From Sedimentisphaerales bacterium (lineage in GTDB: Bacteria > Planctomycetota > Phycisphaerae > Sedimentisphaerales > SM23-30): 64,000 nt of DNA. Below, in pieces: positions 1 through 10,551 of this stretch. How positions within the stretch are numbered: the first letter of the stretch is position 1; every line of letters starts with the position of its first letter. Position numbers and translations under genes: made by a program. The notes under the pieces are model-generated. The model worked only from the letters and a program-made list of their open reading frames with translations, did no database searches and was not told the DNA's origin. The DNA lies in contig CAXXMR010000012.1 in assembly GCA_963663805.2 (NCBI GenBank), forward strand, positions 160,001-224,000, in the 5' to 3' direction.

Positions 1-1
1 C

Positions 2-346
2 TTTGAGGGAATCAGAAAAGATCCTGACTCCGTACTGAAATATTGCCCTTCGCAAAAAAAAGAGCTTATGACTCAATTTGTCAATTATCGCATTCTGGAA
101 ACAGCTTTGAGATGGGCAAGATTCGGTTTGAAAAATGAAACGCAAGAAATACTCGATAATCATCCGGGAACAAAAGTTTTTAAAAAAGAATATCAGCAAT
201 GCCTGAAATTACTGTCTTATGGCAAATGGTTCAAATACTGGAAGGATTTAAAATGCTGGACAGGTCCACCGATAAGACTTAACCTGCTTCGCGTTGCTCA
301 GGCCTTGCATATCCACGAACAGGCTCCTCCCATGCCTTATAAATAA
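2..346 (+). CDS. 3' end of a GT2 family glycosyltransferase (partial, runs off window start)
   Basis: Frame is open from position 2. The tail (VLKYCP...WARFG...KCWTGPPIR...APPMPY) aligns by eye with the C-terminus of the next GT2 (VLSNYCP...WAYHG...KCAIGPPMR...APPMPW). Confidence 0.75.
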   Translation, partial: FEGIRKDPDSVLKYCPSQKKELMTQFVNYRILETALRWARFGLKNETQEILDNHPGTKVFKKEYQQCLKLLSYGKWFKYWKDLKCWTGPPIRLNLLRVAQALHIHEQAPPMPYK

Positions 347-370
347 TATCTGTTTAACAGGTTTAATTAA

Positions 371-1435
371 ATGACCAGAGTCGATATTGTCATCCCACTT
401 TATAACAAAGGCCCTTTCGTGGCCCGGACAATAAAGTCTGTTATGCATCAGGAGGAACAAGACTGGCGATTGATTGTAGTCGATGACGGTTCATCTGATA
501 ACGGCCCAGAGATTGTCAAAAGTTTTAACGATCCCCGCATAGAACTTATAGTCCAAGAAAATGCAGGGCCCGGCCCGGCACGCAATACCGGAATAGCCGC
601 AGGAAACTCACAATATGTCGCTCTTCTTGACGCAGACGATGAATGGTATCCCTGGTATCTGAAAAATGCTCTGGCCGCTCTCGATAAGAATCAAGATATT
701 GGATATGTGTCAAGCCTTTATTATGAGTGGCCCAGCCAAATAGACGCTACCAATCTGTGGGCGGCACGAGGAGTCAAACCCGGTGTTTACCGTTTCAACG
801 GCACCGAAGACGCACATAACATAATGCAGTTCGTGGTTTTCTCGTTACCGTGGAACACTGTATTTAGGCGACAAGCTCTGGAAAGTAGCGACTGTTTCCC
901 GGACTGCCACTTTAAGCCCAAACAAAACGACTTCGGCACAGACATGGAAACCGAATTCGGCGAAGATACCACTTTGATGATTCGAATGATTATGAACGAA
1001 TCATTCATGGTCATCGCTCCGCCCGCCGCACGCTACCATACCGAATGCTCCAACATCGCCAGAAGAGACCGCCCACAACCTCTGGAAGTTTATCTGGCTA
1101 GACCCGAAGTTCTTAGTAATTACTGCCCTGACAATATGCGCGATTTACTCGAAAGAATCATGAACGTTACAGCCCTGCATCGCGCCGGACAATGGGCATA
1201 TCACGGCTACAAAAAAAAAGCACGTAACCTAATCAAGAATTATCCACGGGCATCAGAATTTACAGAACAATACAAAATATATCGGTACTACTGTTATGTC
1301 AGGCCAAGACTCTGGACACTATTCAAATGCGCAATTGGACCGCCAATGCGCGGGTTTCTGAGAAAACTTGAACACAAAACCGGCACAACTCCAACAGCGC
1401 CGCCAATGCCCTGGGAAACCGCATCCAATGAATGA
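371..1435 (+). CDS. GT2 family glycosyltransferase
   Basis: IVIPLYN, VVDDGSSD, ARNTG, LLDADDEW and GED motifs. Confidence 0.92.
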   Translation: MTRVDIVIPLYNKGPFVARTIKSVMHQEEQDWRLIVVDDGSSDNGPEIVKSFNDPRIELIVQENAGPGPARNTGIAAGNSQYVALLDADDEWYPWYLKNALAALDKNQDIGYVSSLYYEWPSQIDATNLWAARGVKPGVYRFNGTEDAHNIMQFVVFSLPWNTVFRRQALESSDCFPDCHFKPKQNDFGTDMETEFGEDTTLMIRMIMNESFMVIAPPAARYHTECSNIARRDRPQPLEVYLARPEVLSNYCPDNMRDLLERIMNVTALHRAGQWAYHGYKKKARNLIKNYPRASEFTEQYKIYRYYCYVRPRLWTLFKCAIGPPMRGFLRKLEHKTGTTPTAPPMPWETASNE

Positions 1436-2435
1436 TGAATTTACAATATCTGTCATTATTCCCGCGTACAATGCCCAGGAATATATCTCACGAACGCTAA
1501 ACAGCGTCGTCACACAATCACTGCCACCGCTGGAAATAATTGTAATCGATGATGGTTCAACCGACAATACCGGTAAAATTACCCAAAGCTTCGGCGACAA
1601 AATAACGTATATCAGACAGGAAAACCAAGGTGTCGCAGCCGCCCGCAACCTCGGCATAGCAATGGCATCTGCACAGTGGGTCGCGTTCCTTGACTCTGAT
1701 GATGAATGGCTGCCCGATAAATTACAAAAACAAACTGACATACTCAAACATAATCCGGAATTAAACTGGGCAGCATCTAATTTTATTAAATGCCTTTGTA
1801 AAGATAATCGTAAAGAGCCTGTAATCAACACAGAAAAAGCTCAAAAACTATTAGCCGACAAAGACTACTTTCCGGATTTTTTTCCGGCCCAGATTCAGTC
1901 AACACCCGCCTGGACCGGCACGGTAATTGCCCGCAAAGAAACCTTGATAAAAGCCGGCCCTTTCCGCAAAGAGGCTTCACCCGCCGAAGATATCGACCTC
2001 TGGTGGCGTATCGCATTTGAAAACCCAGCCATCGGTTATTGCCCCGAACCACTGGCAATTTATCACATGGACATTCCCTTGAGCATTTCACAAGGATTAA
2101 GACCACTAGGCCATCTTGTAGACTTGCTTGAACACAATTTCGCTATTGCCCAAAACTGCAATCAACAGTATAGACTGGCTATAGTTGCTTCTCACATGGT
2201 TAAATGCTGGATCAGGGCAGCTTTTTTTGAAGGACGACATAAAGAGATTAACATCTTAATGAACCATTTCGACAATCTTCTGTCTCAGAGATTTAAAACC
2301 ATCGCCAAGTTAATGCTCACTTTGGGCCCATTAACTACTTACAGCCTGAGAACTCTCTCAAGTATTAATCGCAAATTTCTTATTCGACGTAAAATCACAC
2401 GCAGACCAGGCCCCGTTCAGAAGGGAATGAATTAA
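1428..2435 (+). CDS. GT2 family glycosyltransferase
   Basis: ISVIIPAYN, VIDDGSTD, FLDSDDEW, AEDIDLW. Start re-called at ATG 1428, overlapping the upstream stop. Confidence 0.92.
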   Translation: MNDEFTISVIIPAYNAQEYISRTLNSVVTQSLPPLEIIVIDDGSTDNTGKITQSFGDKITYIRQENQGVAAARNLGIAMASAQWVAFLDSDDEWLPDKLQKQTDILKHNPELNWAASNFIKCLCKDNRKEPVINTEKAQKLLADKDYFPDFFPAQIQSTPAWTGTVIARKETLIKAGPFRKEASPAEDIDLWWRIAFENPAIGYCPEPLAIYHMDIPLSISQGLRPLGHLVDLLEHNFAIAQNCNQQYRLAIVASHMVKCWIRAAFFEGRHKEINILMNHFDNLLSQRFKTIAKLMLTLGPLTTYSLRTLSSINRKFLIRRKITRRPGPVQKGMN

Positions 2436-3457
2436 TGTCGAACATTAAACCCAACATCACTATCAGCGTCATAATCCCGGCGTATAATATCGAAAAATAT
2501 ATTGCCCGGGCCTTACGCAGTGTGTTGGGTCAAACCCGACCGGCAGATGAGATTATCGTAGTAGACGACGGCTCAACCGACGGCACCGCTGAGGAAATAA
2601 AAAAATTCGGCGACAAGGTTCGTTACCTTTATCAAGCAAACAGTGGGCCAAGCACCGCAAGGAATACCGGCATAAGGGCAGCAACATGCAAATGGATCGC
2701 CTTCCTCGACGGCGACGATGAATGGCTGCCGGAATACCTCCAGAGACAATGCAAAATTATCACGCAAAACCCGGAATTGAAATGGCTGGGCGGCAACTAT
2801 ATCCGCTGTCTGTGCGATGAAAATTTAAAAAGAGAAGTTGTCTCCGCAGAAAAAATGACAAAACGTCTCGGCAATAAAAATTACTTTGATGATTATTTAA
2901 TCGCCCATCTACAAGGCCCCCACTGGTGTACAGATACAATGATGGTACAGCAATGGGTATTTGACGACATTGGTTTTTTCCCTGAAGGAATAACAAAGGC
3001 CGAAGACCTAGACATGTGGCTGCGTATCGCATTTCGATATCCGCAATTTGGCTATTCACCAGAACCGGGAGCAATATACCACTTAATTCGCCCGAACAAT
3101 CTCTCCGGCAGTGCCGCGCCGGCGGACTTATACATAGATTTCTTCGACCGACTAACTCGCCAGGCAGAAAAGGCAGGCAGAAGCGAAGCCTTCGAGCCTC
3201 TAGCAACAAAACTATTACGCGGATGGATAAGATCAATGTTGTTCGCCGCACGTGGCCAAGACATTCGTAAAATGATTTACAATTGCCAAAATTTACTAAG
3301 CTGGCCTTACCGAATCAGCATAATAACATTAACCTTCACCCCAAATTTAACCGCCCATTGTTGTCGCCTATTGGGAAAAACGGTCAGACTTATAGGCGAA
3401 CGGCAACAACTAACTCGTAAACCATCTATTAAAAAAATTAGCGGCAAACTCATATGA
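2435..3457 (+). CDS. GT2 family glycosyltransferase
   Basis: ISVIIPAYN, VVDDGSTD, FLDGDDEW, AEDLDMW; TAATG translational coupling. Confidence 0.92.
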   Translation: MSNIKPNITISVIIPAYNIEKYIARALRSVLGQTRPADEIIVVDDGSTDGTAEEIKKFGDKVRYLYQANSGPSTARNTGIRAATCKWIAFLDGDDEWLPEYLQRQCKIITQNPELKWLGGNYIRCLCDENLKREVVSAEKMTKRLGNKNYFDDYLIAHLQGPHWCTDTMMVQQWVFDDIGFFPEGITKAEDLDMWLRIAFRYPQFGYSPEPGAIYHLIRPNNLSGSAAPADLYIDFFDRLTRQAEKAGRSEAFEPLATKLLRGWIRSMLFAARGQDIRKMIYNCQNLLSWPYRISIITLTFTPNLTAHCCRLLGKTVRLIGERQQLTRKPSIKKISGKLI

Positions 3458-5013
3458 CACCAAACGATCCTTTCAATATCTTAAAGAATCTGAATACAAA
3501 TGATTATATCCTGCGACATCGTAGTGTTATAATCTACAGCTTCATCATAAACCTGATTGCCTTTGCCACCAGATTAACTACCACTTCTTACTGTGTTGAT
3601 GACTACGATTTTATTTTTGGCAACCCTGATTTTCTGGCTCACGGAAGATGGATGTTCCACTTCTTTTATCATTGTGTTCAGGGCTCTCAATACATTGGCA
3701 GCTTGGCATACTTAATCGGGTTTATTTTTATGATTTTGGCGGGGTTGCAAATATGCCACTATTGGAAAATAAAAAGAACATTTTCACAAATAATCATTAT
3801 TGCACTGTTCTCAACCCACCCCTATCTCGCAGACATGTATAATTTCCATGTCATCGCAATCCCTTTTTCACTAGGGTACTTTTTGGGATTGGCAGCATTG
3901 AATTTACCCGGCAACAACAAAATACTCTGCGGGCTTTCCACATTAATGATCGCTGCCTCGCTGGCCTTTTACCAACCTATATTTTCTGTCATTTGTATAG
4001 TTATCACCATCAAAATCATTCTCTTACTAATTTCAGAATCAATTAACCCCGAAAAGCATAAACAAGCCCGCAACTTCGCTGCCCAGTTAATAATTATCGC
4101 GGCTGGCGTAATACTGTATTTCACCCTGACCAAAATAATCTTCATGATAACCTCCAACCCCGTAAACCCAAGATTCCAGCAAGGCCTACTCACTCTTGAC
4201 TGGAACACATTAAAACCCAAAATAGGCTGGACATTAATTACTCTGACAAACAAAATCCTGCCGTTTCCAGAGGCTGCAATAAGAACTCCGGCAAAAATAA
4301 TTATGTTTGGCATTGCAACTATCGCCTTTTCCCTGTCCTTATATCGGACATATAAAATAAAATATGCTATTTGTTATCGAATCATGTTAGCCATATTATT
4401 TCTTGCCGCCCCGGCAATCAGCATTATTCATATTCTACCTTTAACCTCAATGGCTTTGCCTTGGCGTGCCTCATTAGGTCTGGTCGTGCTGTTTGCGGGA
4501 TGCTATGCGATTATACTATCATGTTCGAATACAAAAATTATTCGAATAATACATGGCTTGATGATCATTGTAATAACCCATTTCATAATTCAAAATAATG
4601 CTTTGTTTTTCAAACAATATCTTTGCACTCAACAGGATTTAGCCTTGGCAAACAGAATTGTAGAACGAATCGAATCGATGGAACAATACCAAAATGGCCT
4701 AAAACTGGTTATAGTCGGAGACTTAGCCCCACAAAAATTTCATAAAGAAGGAAAAAACACTTATCAGATTATCAAAGAATATCTCAAAATTTCTTCTCAA
4801 AAAAGCTACTCTATCGGAAGCAGTGCCTTTCACACCCCCTGGTCCAAATATAGTATACTTCTAGATATGTTAATGCTTCAACTGGAACTCCCGGAAAACA
4901 AGGACATCTATTTGGCTCAGGAAATCACAAAAAAACGCAAACCTTTCCCTTATCCTGAATCGATTTTTATTCACGACGATATGGTTATTGTTTTACTAGA
5001 TCATCCCAAATAA
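3454..5013 (+). CDS. Multi-pass membrane GT-C fold protein, GtrII-like (Glucos_trans_II) glucosyltransferase
   Basis: About 10 hydrophobic segments; N-terminal VDDY...GRW; C-terminal QQDLALANRI and PFPYPESI, typical of this family; AT-rich. Confidence 0.7.
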   Translation: MTPNDPFNILKNLNTNDYILRHRSVIIYSFIINLIAFATRLTTTSYCVDDYDFIFGNPDFLAHGRWMFHFFYHCVQGSQYIGSLAYLIGFIFMILAGLQICHYWKIKRTFSQIIIIALFSTHPYLADMYNFHVIAIPFSLGYFLGLAALNLPGNNKILCGLSTLMIAASLAFYQPIFSVICIVITIKIILLLISESINPEKHKQARNFAAQLIIIAAGVILYFTLTKIIFMITSNPVNPRFQQGLLTLDWNTLKPKIGWTLITLTNKILPFPEAAIRTPAKIIMFGIATIAFSLSLYRTYKIKYAICYRIMLAILFLAAPAISIIHILPLTSMALPWRASLGLVVLFAGCYAIILSCSNTKIIRIIHGLMIIVITHFIIQNNALFFKQYLCTQQDLALANRIVERIESMEQYQNGLKLVIVGDLAPQKFHKEGKNTYQIIKEYLKISSQKSYSIGSSAFHTPWSKYSILLDMLMLQLELPENKDIYLAQEITKKRKPFPYPESIFIHDDMVIVLLDHPK

Positions 5014-6100
5014 ATCGACAATACAATTCCTTAAGTTTAAAATTATATTTTAAGACAGTAAAATCATTGCAGTATTGACTTGCATCTTTAACAATTTGCC
5101 CTACCAACCCTTTATCTTTTTGAATTCCAGCTATCAAATCAGCCAAAGATAACGATGAATAGTCCTCCATCACTAAACCGTTTTTTTTATCTTTGACAAA
5201 CTGAGTCAACCCATCAATCTTTGAACATATTACAGGTTTGCACATAGAAAAAATTTCAAAAATAACCAAAGGACAAGCCTCTTCTCTTGAACAGATCACA
5301 GCCACATCAAAAGCCGACATTATCTCAGGAACATCGTCTCGAAAACCCAGGAAGCGAATACGCTCAGTAATGCCATGTTGAGCAGCGAGGTTTTTCAGTT
5401 TTTTCCTCTCCGGTCCGTCACCAACCAGCAATAACAGATAGTCCGGACTCTTTGCCAACAGATAAGACATAGCTTCCACTAAGATATCCACCCCCTTAAC
5501 ATAATTCAGCCGTCCCACAAACCCCACAACTATATCCTGTTCAGCAATCCCAAGCTGACGCCGGCATTCTTTCCGGTCATATTTTTCCGGATTAAAGACC
5601 GTCAAATCGACAGCATTGGGAATAACCGTTATGCGATCCGGATTGATACGCGTTTTTTTTCTGAGCTGACGGGCCGTAGCTTCGGATACCGCGATACAAG
5701 CGTCGGCTTTATGGCCAAACAACCTCAGAAACAATCTGTAAAAAGAATACTGAATACCACGCCGAAAAATTGGCCCATGCTCGTGAACCACAACCTTAAC
5801 CGGCAAAAAAAACCGGGCCAGCAAAGCCCCCATAATTGCCTTGTGAAGATGAGCGTGAATTATGTCTATTTTATAGTCACGACAGATACGCAAAATATCA
5901 AAAAACTTACGTAGGTCATAGTTGCTACGTGGAATAATCAGAACTTCGCCCTGAATCGGCATTTCAATCGACTTACACCTCAGAGGATAGACAAAGTACT
6001 CAACCTCCCCGGAGTCGTTGTTGTCAACAATATGCTGGAGACACTTTTGGGCTCCGCCACAACGAAGACTGCCGATAATGTGAAGAACTCGTATAGCCAT
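4985..6100 (-). CDS. GT4 family glycosyltransferase
   Basis: HIIGSLRCGGAQ, IPNAVD, VGRLNYVKG, VGDGPE, FLGFRDDV and an E-x7-E motif. Confidence 0.92.
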   Translation of the reverse strand: MAIRVLHIIGSLRCGGAQKCLQHIVDNNDSGEVEYFVYPLRCKSIEMPIQGEVLIIPRSNYDLRKFFDILRICRDYKIDIIHAHLHKAIMGALLARFFLPVKVVVHEHGPIFRRGIQYSFYRLFLRLFGHKADACIAVSEATARQLRKKTRINPDRITVIPNAVDLTVFNPEKYDRKECRRQLGIAEQDIVVGFVGRLNYVKGVDILVEAMSYLLAKSPDYLLLLVGDGPERKKLKNLAAQHGITERIRFLGFRDDVPEIMSAFDVAVICSREEACPLVIFEIFSMCKPVICSKIDGLTQFVKDKKNGLVMEDYSSLSLADLIAGIQKDKGLVGQIVKDASQYCNDFTVLKYNFKLKELYCRFIWDDLVKQ

Positions 6101-6311
6101 ATCTGAACTTTCTTCGAATCCGGTTCCAATTTACGAGAAAATGCCATCGCCAAGAATAAAAGTATAGTAAATCCAGATCCAAATAGCAACTCTGCCCCAA
6201 CAAAGAAATTCTGTTTTTCTGTTTGGCAATAAAGAACTCTGCGGTATGATATTTGCGAACAAGGTGAAGTCGTGCTACTATTACTCCAAGCATAGAAAGG
6301 CCGTTCAGACC

Positions 6312-7436
6312 ATGAGAATGCCGATAATCGTGTTATTGACACTTGGGATAATGCTTACAGGCTGTGACGGCCGACGGCGTATGATGAGCCTGCCTCCGAA
6401 TAATACCAGAACCCCGGAAAAAGTTACCCCGGCTCCTGCTCCTGCACCTGTTAAGGCTCAGCCCCAAAAGCTTCAGACCAAAACTGCCCCGACTGCCCCA
6501 AATCAAAACGCCAGACTCCACAACCGGGCCCGGCAGGTAATACTCGAAGCTGCCGGCGGCAATGACCCCGCGGTCCGCAGCCATGCCTATGAAATAATGG
6601 CCCAGATGCGTGATTATGACATCCCCCAACTCGTCAGGCAAGGCCTGGCCGACCCCTCACCTGCGGTACGCTTTGCCGCGGCGATTGCCGCTGGCGACCT
6701 GACCGACTACGCTGCCCGACCGATGCTGGAAAGACTATTACGCGACAGTAACCCCTCGGTCAAACTGGCCGCCGCATACGCACTCGAAAAACTCGGCGAT
6801 AAGCGATTCGGCAAATGGTACGATTATGTCCTCGATTCAGACGACACCGCCCTGGTCAGTCAGGCCTGCATCCTGCTCGGCAAATTAGGCAATACCTCCC
6901 TGCGAACCGATAGCAAAGAAAAACTCTGGCGGATTCTCGAAAAGAAAAACCAGCATGCCCCCGTCAAGCTCCAGGCCGCCGAAGCACTGGCCCGACTCAG
7001 CGAGGATAAAATCACCCGACGTCTGCTGGCCTTCGCCGGAAGCGGCTATGCCGACGACCGACTGCTGGCCATCAACGGCCTGGAGCTAATCGACGGACCG
7101 GAATCGTACGCCATGCTCACCGTACTGCTCGACGACCCGCAAATTGAAGTGCAGCTGGCCGCAATTCGGGCCCTGGGCGGTAACGCCGGCGACGCCGAAC
7201 GACAGCTGGCCCGGCAGTCCGTCGAATACAAAGACCCCGAATCAGACGACATCGCCACCGCACGCGTCAGGGGCCTGGCGGTACTGGCTCTGGGTAAAAC
7301 AGGTCTGGCCGAAGATGAAACATATATAATGCAGGCGTTAAATGACAATTTCGACTATGTCAGAACCGCCGCGGCCAAAGCTGCTGTCGAGTGGCTCAAT
7401 CGCCAGGCAAACCAGAATAATATTTCGGGAATGTAA
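6312..7436 (+). CDS. HEAT-repeat lipoprotein
   Basis: Signal peptide with lipobox LTGC, Pro/Ala linker and repeated D-x-x-P-x-VR-x-AAA units. Start re-called at 6312. Confidence 0.8.
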   Translation: MRMPIIVLLTLGIMLTGCDGRRRMMSLPPNNTRTPEKVTPAPAPAPVKAQPQKLQTKTAPTAPNQNARLHNRARQVILEAAGGNDPAVRSHAYEIMAQMRDYDIPQLVRQGLADPSPAVRFAAAIAAGDLTDYAARPMLERLLRDSNPSVKLAAAYALEKLGDKRFGKWYDYVLDSDDTALVSQACILLGKLGNTSLRTDSKEKLWRILEKKNQHAPVKLQAAEALARLSEDKITRRLLAFAGSGYADDRLLAINGLELIDGPESYAMLTVLLDDPQIEVQLAAIRALGGNAGDAERQLARQSVEYKDPESDDIATARVRGLAVLALGKTGLAEDETYIMQALNDNFDYVRTAAAKAAVEWLNRQANQNNISGM

Positions 7437-7451
7437 CAAAGGCGGCATATT

Positions 7452-8552
7452 ATGACCGGATTGATACTATATTTTTGCCTGGCCTTGGTGGTATCCTTTT
7501 TCTGCTCCTTGATGGAAGCGGTCCTGCTCACGGTTTCTCACGGCCATATCGAAACCATCATCAAAGAAGGTGGACGTTCCGGCGAGATTCTCCGCCATAT
7601 GAAAAATCGTATCGACCGTCCCTTGGCGGCGGTCTTGACTTTGAATACAGTCGCCAATACCGCAGGAGCCGCTGGCGTAGGTGCTCAGGCACTCAAAGTC
7701 GCCAACGAACTCCGACCGGGCCAGAGTAATAACTTCTGGGTGGCCGTCGCCTCAGCGGTTTTAACGTTATCTATCCTTTTCTGTTCCGAAATCATTCCCA
7801 AAACCCTCGGTGCGGTGCATTGGAAAAAACTGGCCCCCGTAACCGCCCATTCGGTAAATTTCCTGGTTAAGGCCCTTATGCCTTTTGTGCTGACTTCCGA
7901 GAAAATCGGCAGTCTGATTACCCCAAAAGGCGGACTAAAAAAAGTCTCACGCGAAGAAATGATTTCCACCGCTGAACTGGGCATGGACGAAGGCACACTT
8001 ATGGGACAGGAAACCCGTATCATTCGCAACATTCTCTGTCTCGGTCAGGTTCGCGTTAAAGACGTGCTAACACCCAGAAGCGTACTGGTAGCATTCCCTC
8101 AGGGTCAAACCATCAAAAACATCATCGAAAAGCACAGCCCCATACGTTTCAGCCGAATCCCCATCTACGGCAAAGACCTCGACGACATCACCGGCCTGGT
8201 CCACCGCTACAAAGTCCTCCAGACCTTCAGCCAGGGCAAACAGGACATGCCCATCGAACGCCTGTCAGTACCAATTTACGCCGTCCCCGATGTAAAAAGC
8301 ATCGCCAGCGTGCTTGATGAGTTTATCAAAAGACGCGAGCATTTGTTTCTGGTAGTAGATGAATACGGCGGCACCGCGGGAATCATCACCCTCGAAGACG
8401 CGATCGAAACCTTATTGGGCGTAGAAATTGTCGATGAGTTCGACACCGTGGCGGATATGAGAAAGCTGGCTTTGCAGATATGGGAAAGCCGTAAAAAAAT
8501 CCAGTTGAAAGACTACAAACCGGAACTGCCCAAAAAACAGAAGCGGGAATAA
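7452..8552 (+). CDS. CNNM/DUF21-CBS domain (hemolysin/TlyC-like) membrane protein
   Basis: SFFCSLMEA, SEIIPKTLG, FSRIPIY, VVDEYGG, TLEDAIE. Confidence 0.92.
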   Translation: MTGLILYFCLALVVSFFCSLMEAVLLTVSHGHIETIIKEGGRSGEILRHMKNRIDRPLAAVLTLNTVANTAGAAGVGAQALKVANELRPGQSNNFWVAVASAVLTLSILFCSEIIPKTLGAVHWKKLAPVTAHSVNFLVKALMPFVLTSEKIGSLITPKGGLKKVSREEMISTAELGMDEGTLMGQETRIIRNILCLGQVRVKDVLTPRSVLVAFPQGQTIKNIIEKHSPIRFSRIPIYGKDLDDITGLVHRYKVLQTFSQGKQDMPIERLSVPIYAVPDVKSIASVLDEFIKRREHLFLVVDEYGGTAGIITLEDAIETLLGVEIVDEFDTVADMRKLALQIWESRKKIQLKDYKPELPKKQKRE

Positions 8553-8610
8553 CATCCCGGTTTCACAAAGCAGACTATGAGCACCTCTAATAATTGCTTT
8601 TGAGGTACCC

Positions 8611-10020
8611 TTATTTATTTATCGCCGATTCCAACTGCGCCAGCAACGGATTTACCGGCATAGACTTCCGACCCGCCGGGGTTTCCCAGCAGACATCTTC
8701 TTCGCCCTTAAGATAAGCCTGAACCTTCCGACAAGCCAGAATCACGGTTGCGTGATTTTTGTTACCCATAAAACGACCTATTTCCGGAAAACTCATCGTC
8801 GTATGCTTCCGGGCCAGATACATCGCTATTGAACGAGCCAGACTGATTGTGCGAGTCTTACGCGAAGAATGAACGTCAGCCGGGGTAATACCAAAAAACG
8901 TCGTAACCGCCGCTTCGATATCCGAAAGGTGAACTATCGGGTCAGTCCGGGAAATATGGTCTTCCAAAGCTTCACGGGCAGTATCCAGATTAACCGCCCC
9001 ACCACCTAGGGACGCATAGGCGATCACCTTCAGCAACGCGCCTTCCAGCTCACGCACATTCGCCCGAATATTATTAGCTATATAATCGATAACTTCTTCC
9101 GAAACTTCCTTGTTCATCTTCCGGGCCCGCTGACGCAAAATCGCACAACGAGTCGAAAATTCCGGCGGGTCCACCTTAACTATCATACCCGATACAAAAC
9201 GATTCACCAAACCTTCCGAAAACTGGCCTATCATCTTCGGATGAGCGTCCGAAGCCATAATAACCTGTTTGCCTGCTGTATCAATCGCGTTAAAAGTGTG
9301 AAGAAATTCTTCCTGAGTAGCCTTCTTGCCCGCCAAAAAATGAACGTCGTCAATTATCAGCAGTTCCGCCTGACGATATTTATTCCGAAAAATGTCCAGC
9401 TTATTCGTCTTCAAAGACAAAACAAATTCATTCGTAAATTCCTCACCCGATACATAAGCCGCCCGAACATCAGGACGAGCCTGAAATACCGCATTGTAAA
9501 TCCCTTGAAGCAAATGAGTCTTACCCAGACCGCAGGCACCATGAATAAATAAAGGATTGAATAACGTACGCGGCTGGTCCACAACAGCCTTGCCAGCGCT
9601 AAACGCCAATTGATTCGACGGACCTACCACAAAGTCATCCAGTTTCAAACGAAGATTATCGCGATGAGCTCTTGTCGCTGGCAATGTCCCTCTGCCAGTC
9701 GGATTTGTACTCCGCGCGACGCTTTCTGCCTGTGAATCAAGCTGACGACGACGCTGACCACCAAAAAGCTCAGGGTCAATATTGAAAATCACCTGTCTTT
9801 CCTGCCCTGTAACTTCATTGGCCGCGGTTTTTACATGACCGGCAAAATGACTCTCAATCCAGCCCCCAATAAAGAGGTTGGGAACACCAACTTTTATATA
9901 ATCGTTCTCTAAAGTTATCTTAGTGGAATTCTTGAACCAGATCTTATAACGCTGCTGCCCGACTTTCTGGGCGATTAGCTCACTAATTCTATCAACAGTA
10001 TCCAAGCAGTCTGTCGCCAT
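8611..10020 (-). CDS. dnaA: Chromosomal replication initiator DnaA
   Basis: FNPLFIHGACGLGKTHLL, IIDDVHFL, TQEEFLHTFN, NVRELEGAL and domain IV SFPEIG...HATV. Confidence 0.97.
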   Translation of the reverse strand: MATDCLDTVDRISELIAQKVGQQRYKIWFKNSTKITLENDYIKVGVPNLFIGGWIESHFAGHVKTAANEVTGQERQVIFNIDPELFGGQRRRQLDSQAESVARSTNPTGRGTLPATRAHRDNLRLKLDDFVVGPSNQLAFSAGKAVVDQPRTLFNPLFIHGACGLGKTHLLQGIYNAVFQARPDVRAAYVSGEEFTNEFVLSLKTNKLDIFRNKYRQAELLIIDDVHFLAGKKATQEEFLHTFNAIDTAGKQVIMASDAHPKMIGQFSEGLVNRFVSGMIVKVDPPEFSTRCAILRQRARKMNKEVSEEVIDYIANNIRANVRELEGALLKVIAYASLGGGAVNLDTAREALEDHISRTDPIVHLSDIEAAVTTFFGITPADVHSSRKTRTISLARSIAMYLARKHTTMSFPEIGRFMGNKNHATVILACRKVQAYLKGEEDVCWETPAGRKSMPVNPLLAQLESAINK

Positions 10021-10185
10021 GCGGGGACTCTCCTCTTAACTCTGGTAGTAAATCTTTGCTCTTTAATTCGACTCAGACGTGCCTCATGGGCGTTACTGCA
10101 AAGCCTGACAGTCACTTCTGCGGATGACTACGGCGTCCATGTTAATAGATACCTGTCAGGTTTCAAAACGAAAAACTAACATTTC

Positions 10186-10316
10186 TTTTCCACACTCAAC
10201 CAGCCAAGAAATAACAAATAGTTAGCTAAGAAAAAAACTTCCTGTCCACTTGTTTTCCACCACCTAAATCCCCATGTGGATAAGCTGTGGATTTTATTTG
10301 TAAGTTGTGTGAATTA
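10186..10316. promoter_or_regulatory. DnaA-box cluster upstream of dnaA
   Basis: TTTTCCACA 10186-10194, TTTTCCACC 10253-10261, perfect TGTGGATAA 10275-10283, TGTGGATTT 10286-10294, TGTGAATTA 10308-10316 in an AT-rich spacer. Confidence 0.75.
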
Positions 10317-10551
10317 TTCCTTAACTTTTGCAAAATGAATGCCCCCCATTCAGCCGCACATTAAACAACCGCCGAGGGTCTCTTATAAGTGGAATTTTAT
10401 GCAAAACAGCAACTATTTATCAGGGCCGTACGCTAAAATAAGCGGTGCCGCTGACTTCGCCATAACATTTCACTAATCTCACCCGCATTATGGGCCGATG
10501 GTACGGTAATGGTAGTCCTGGATGTTTTTTATTACTGTTATGGGAGATGAT

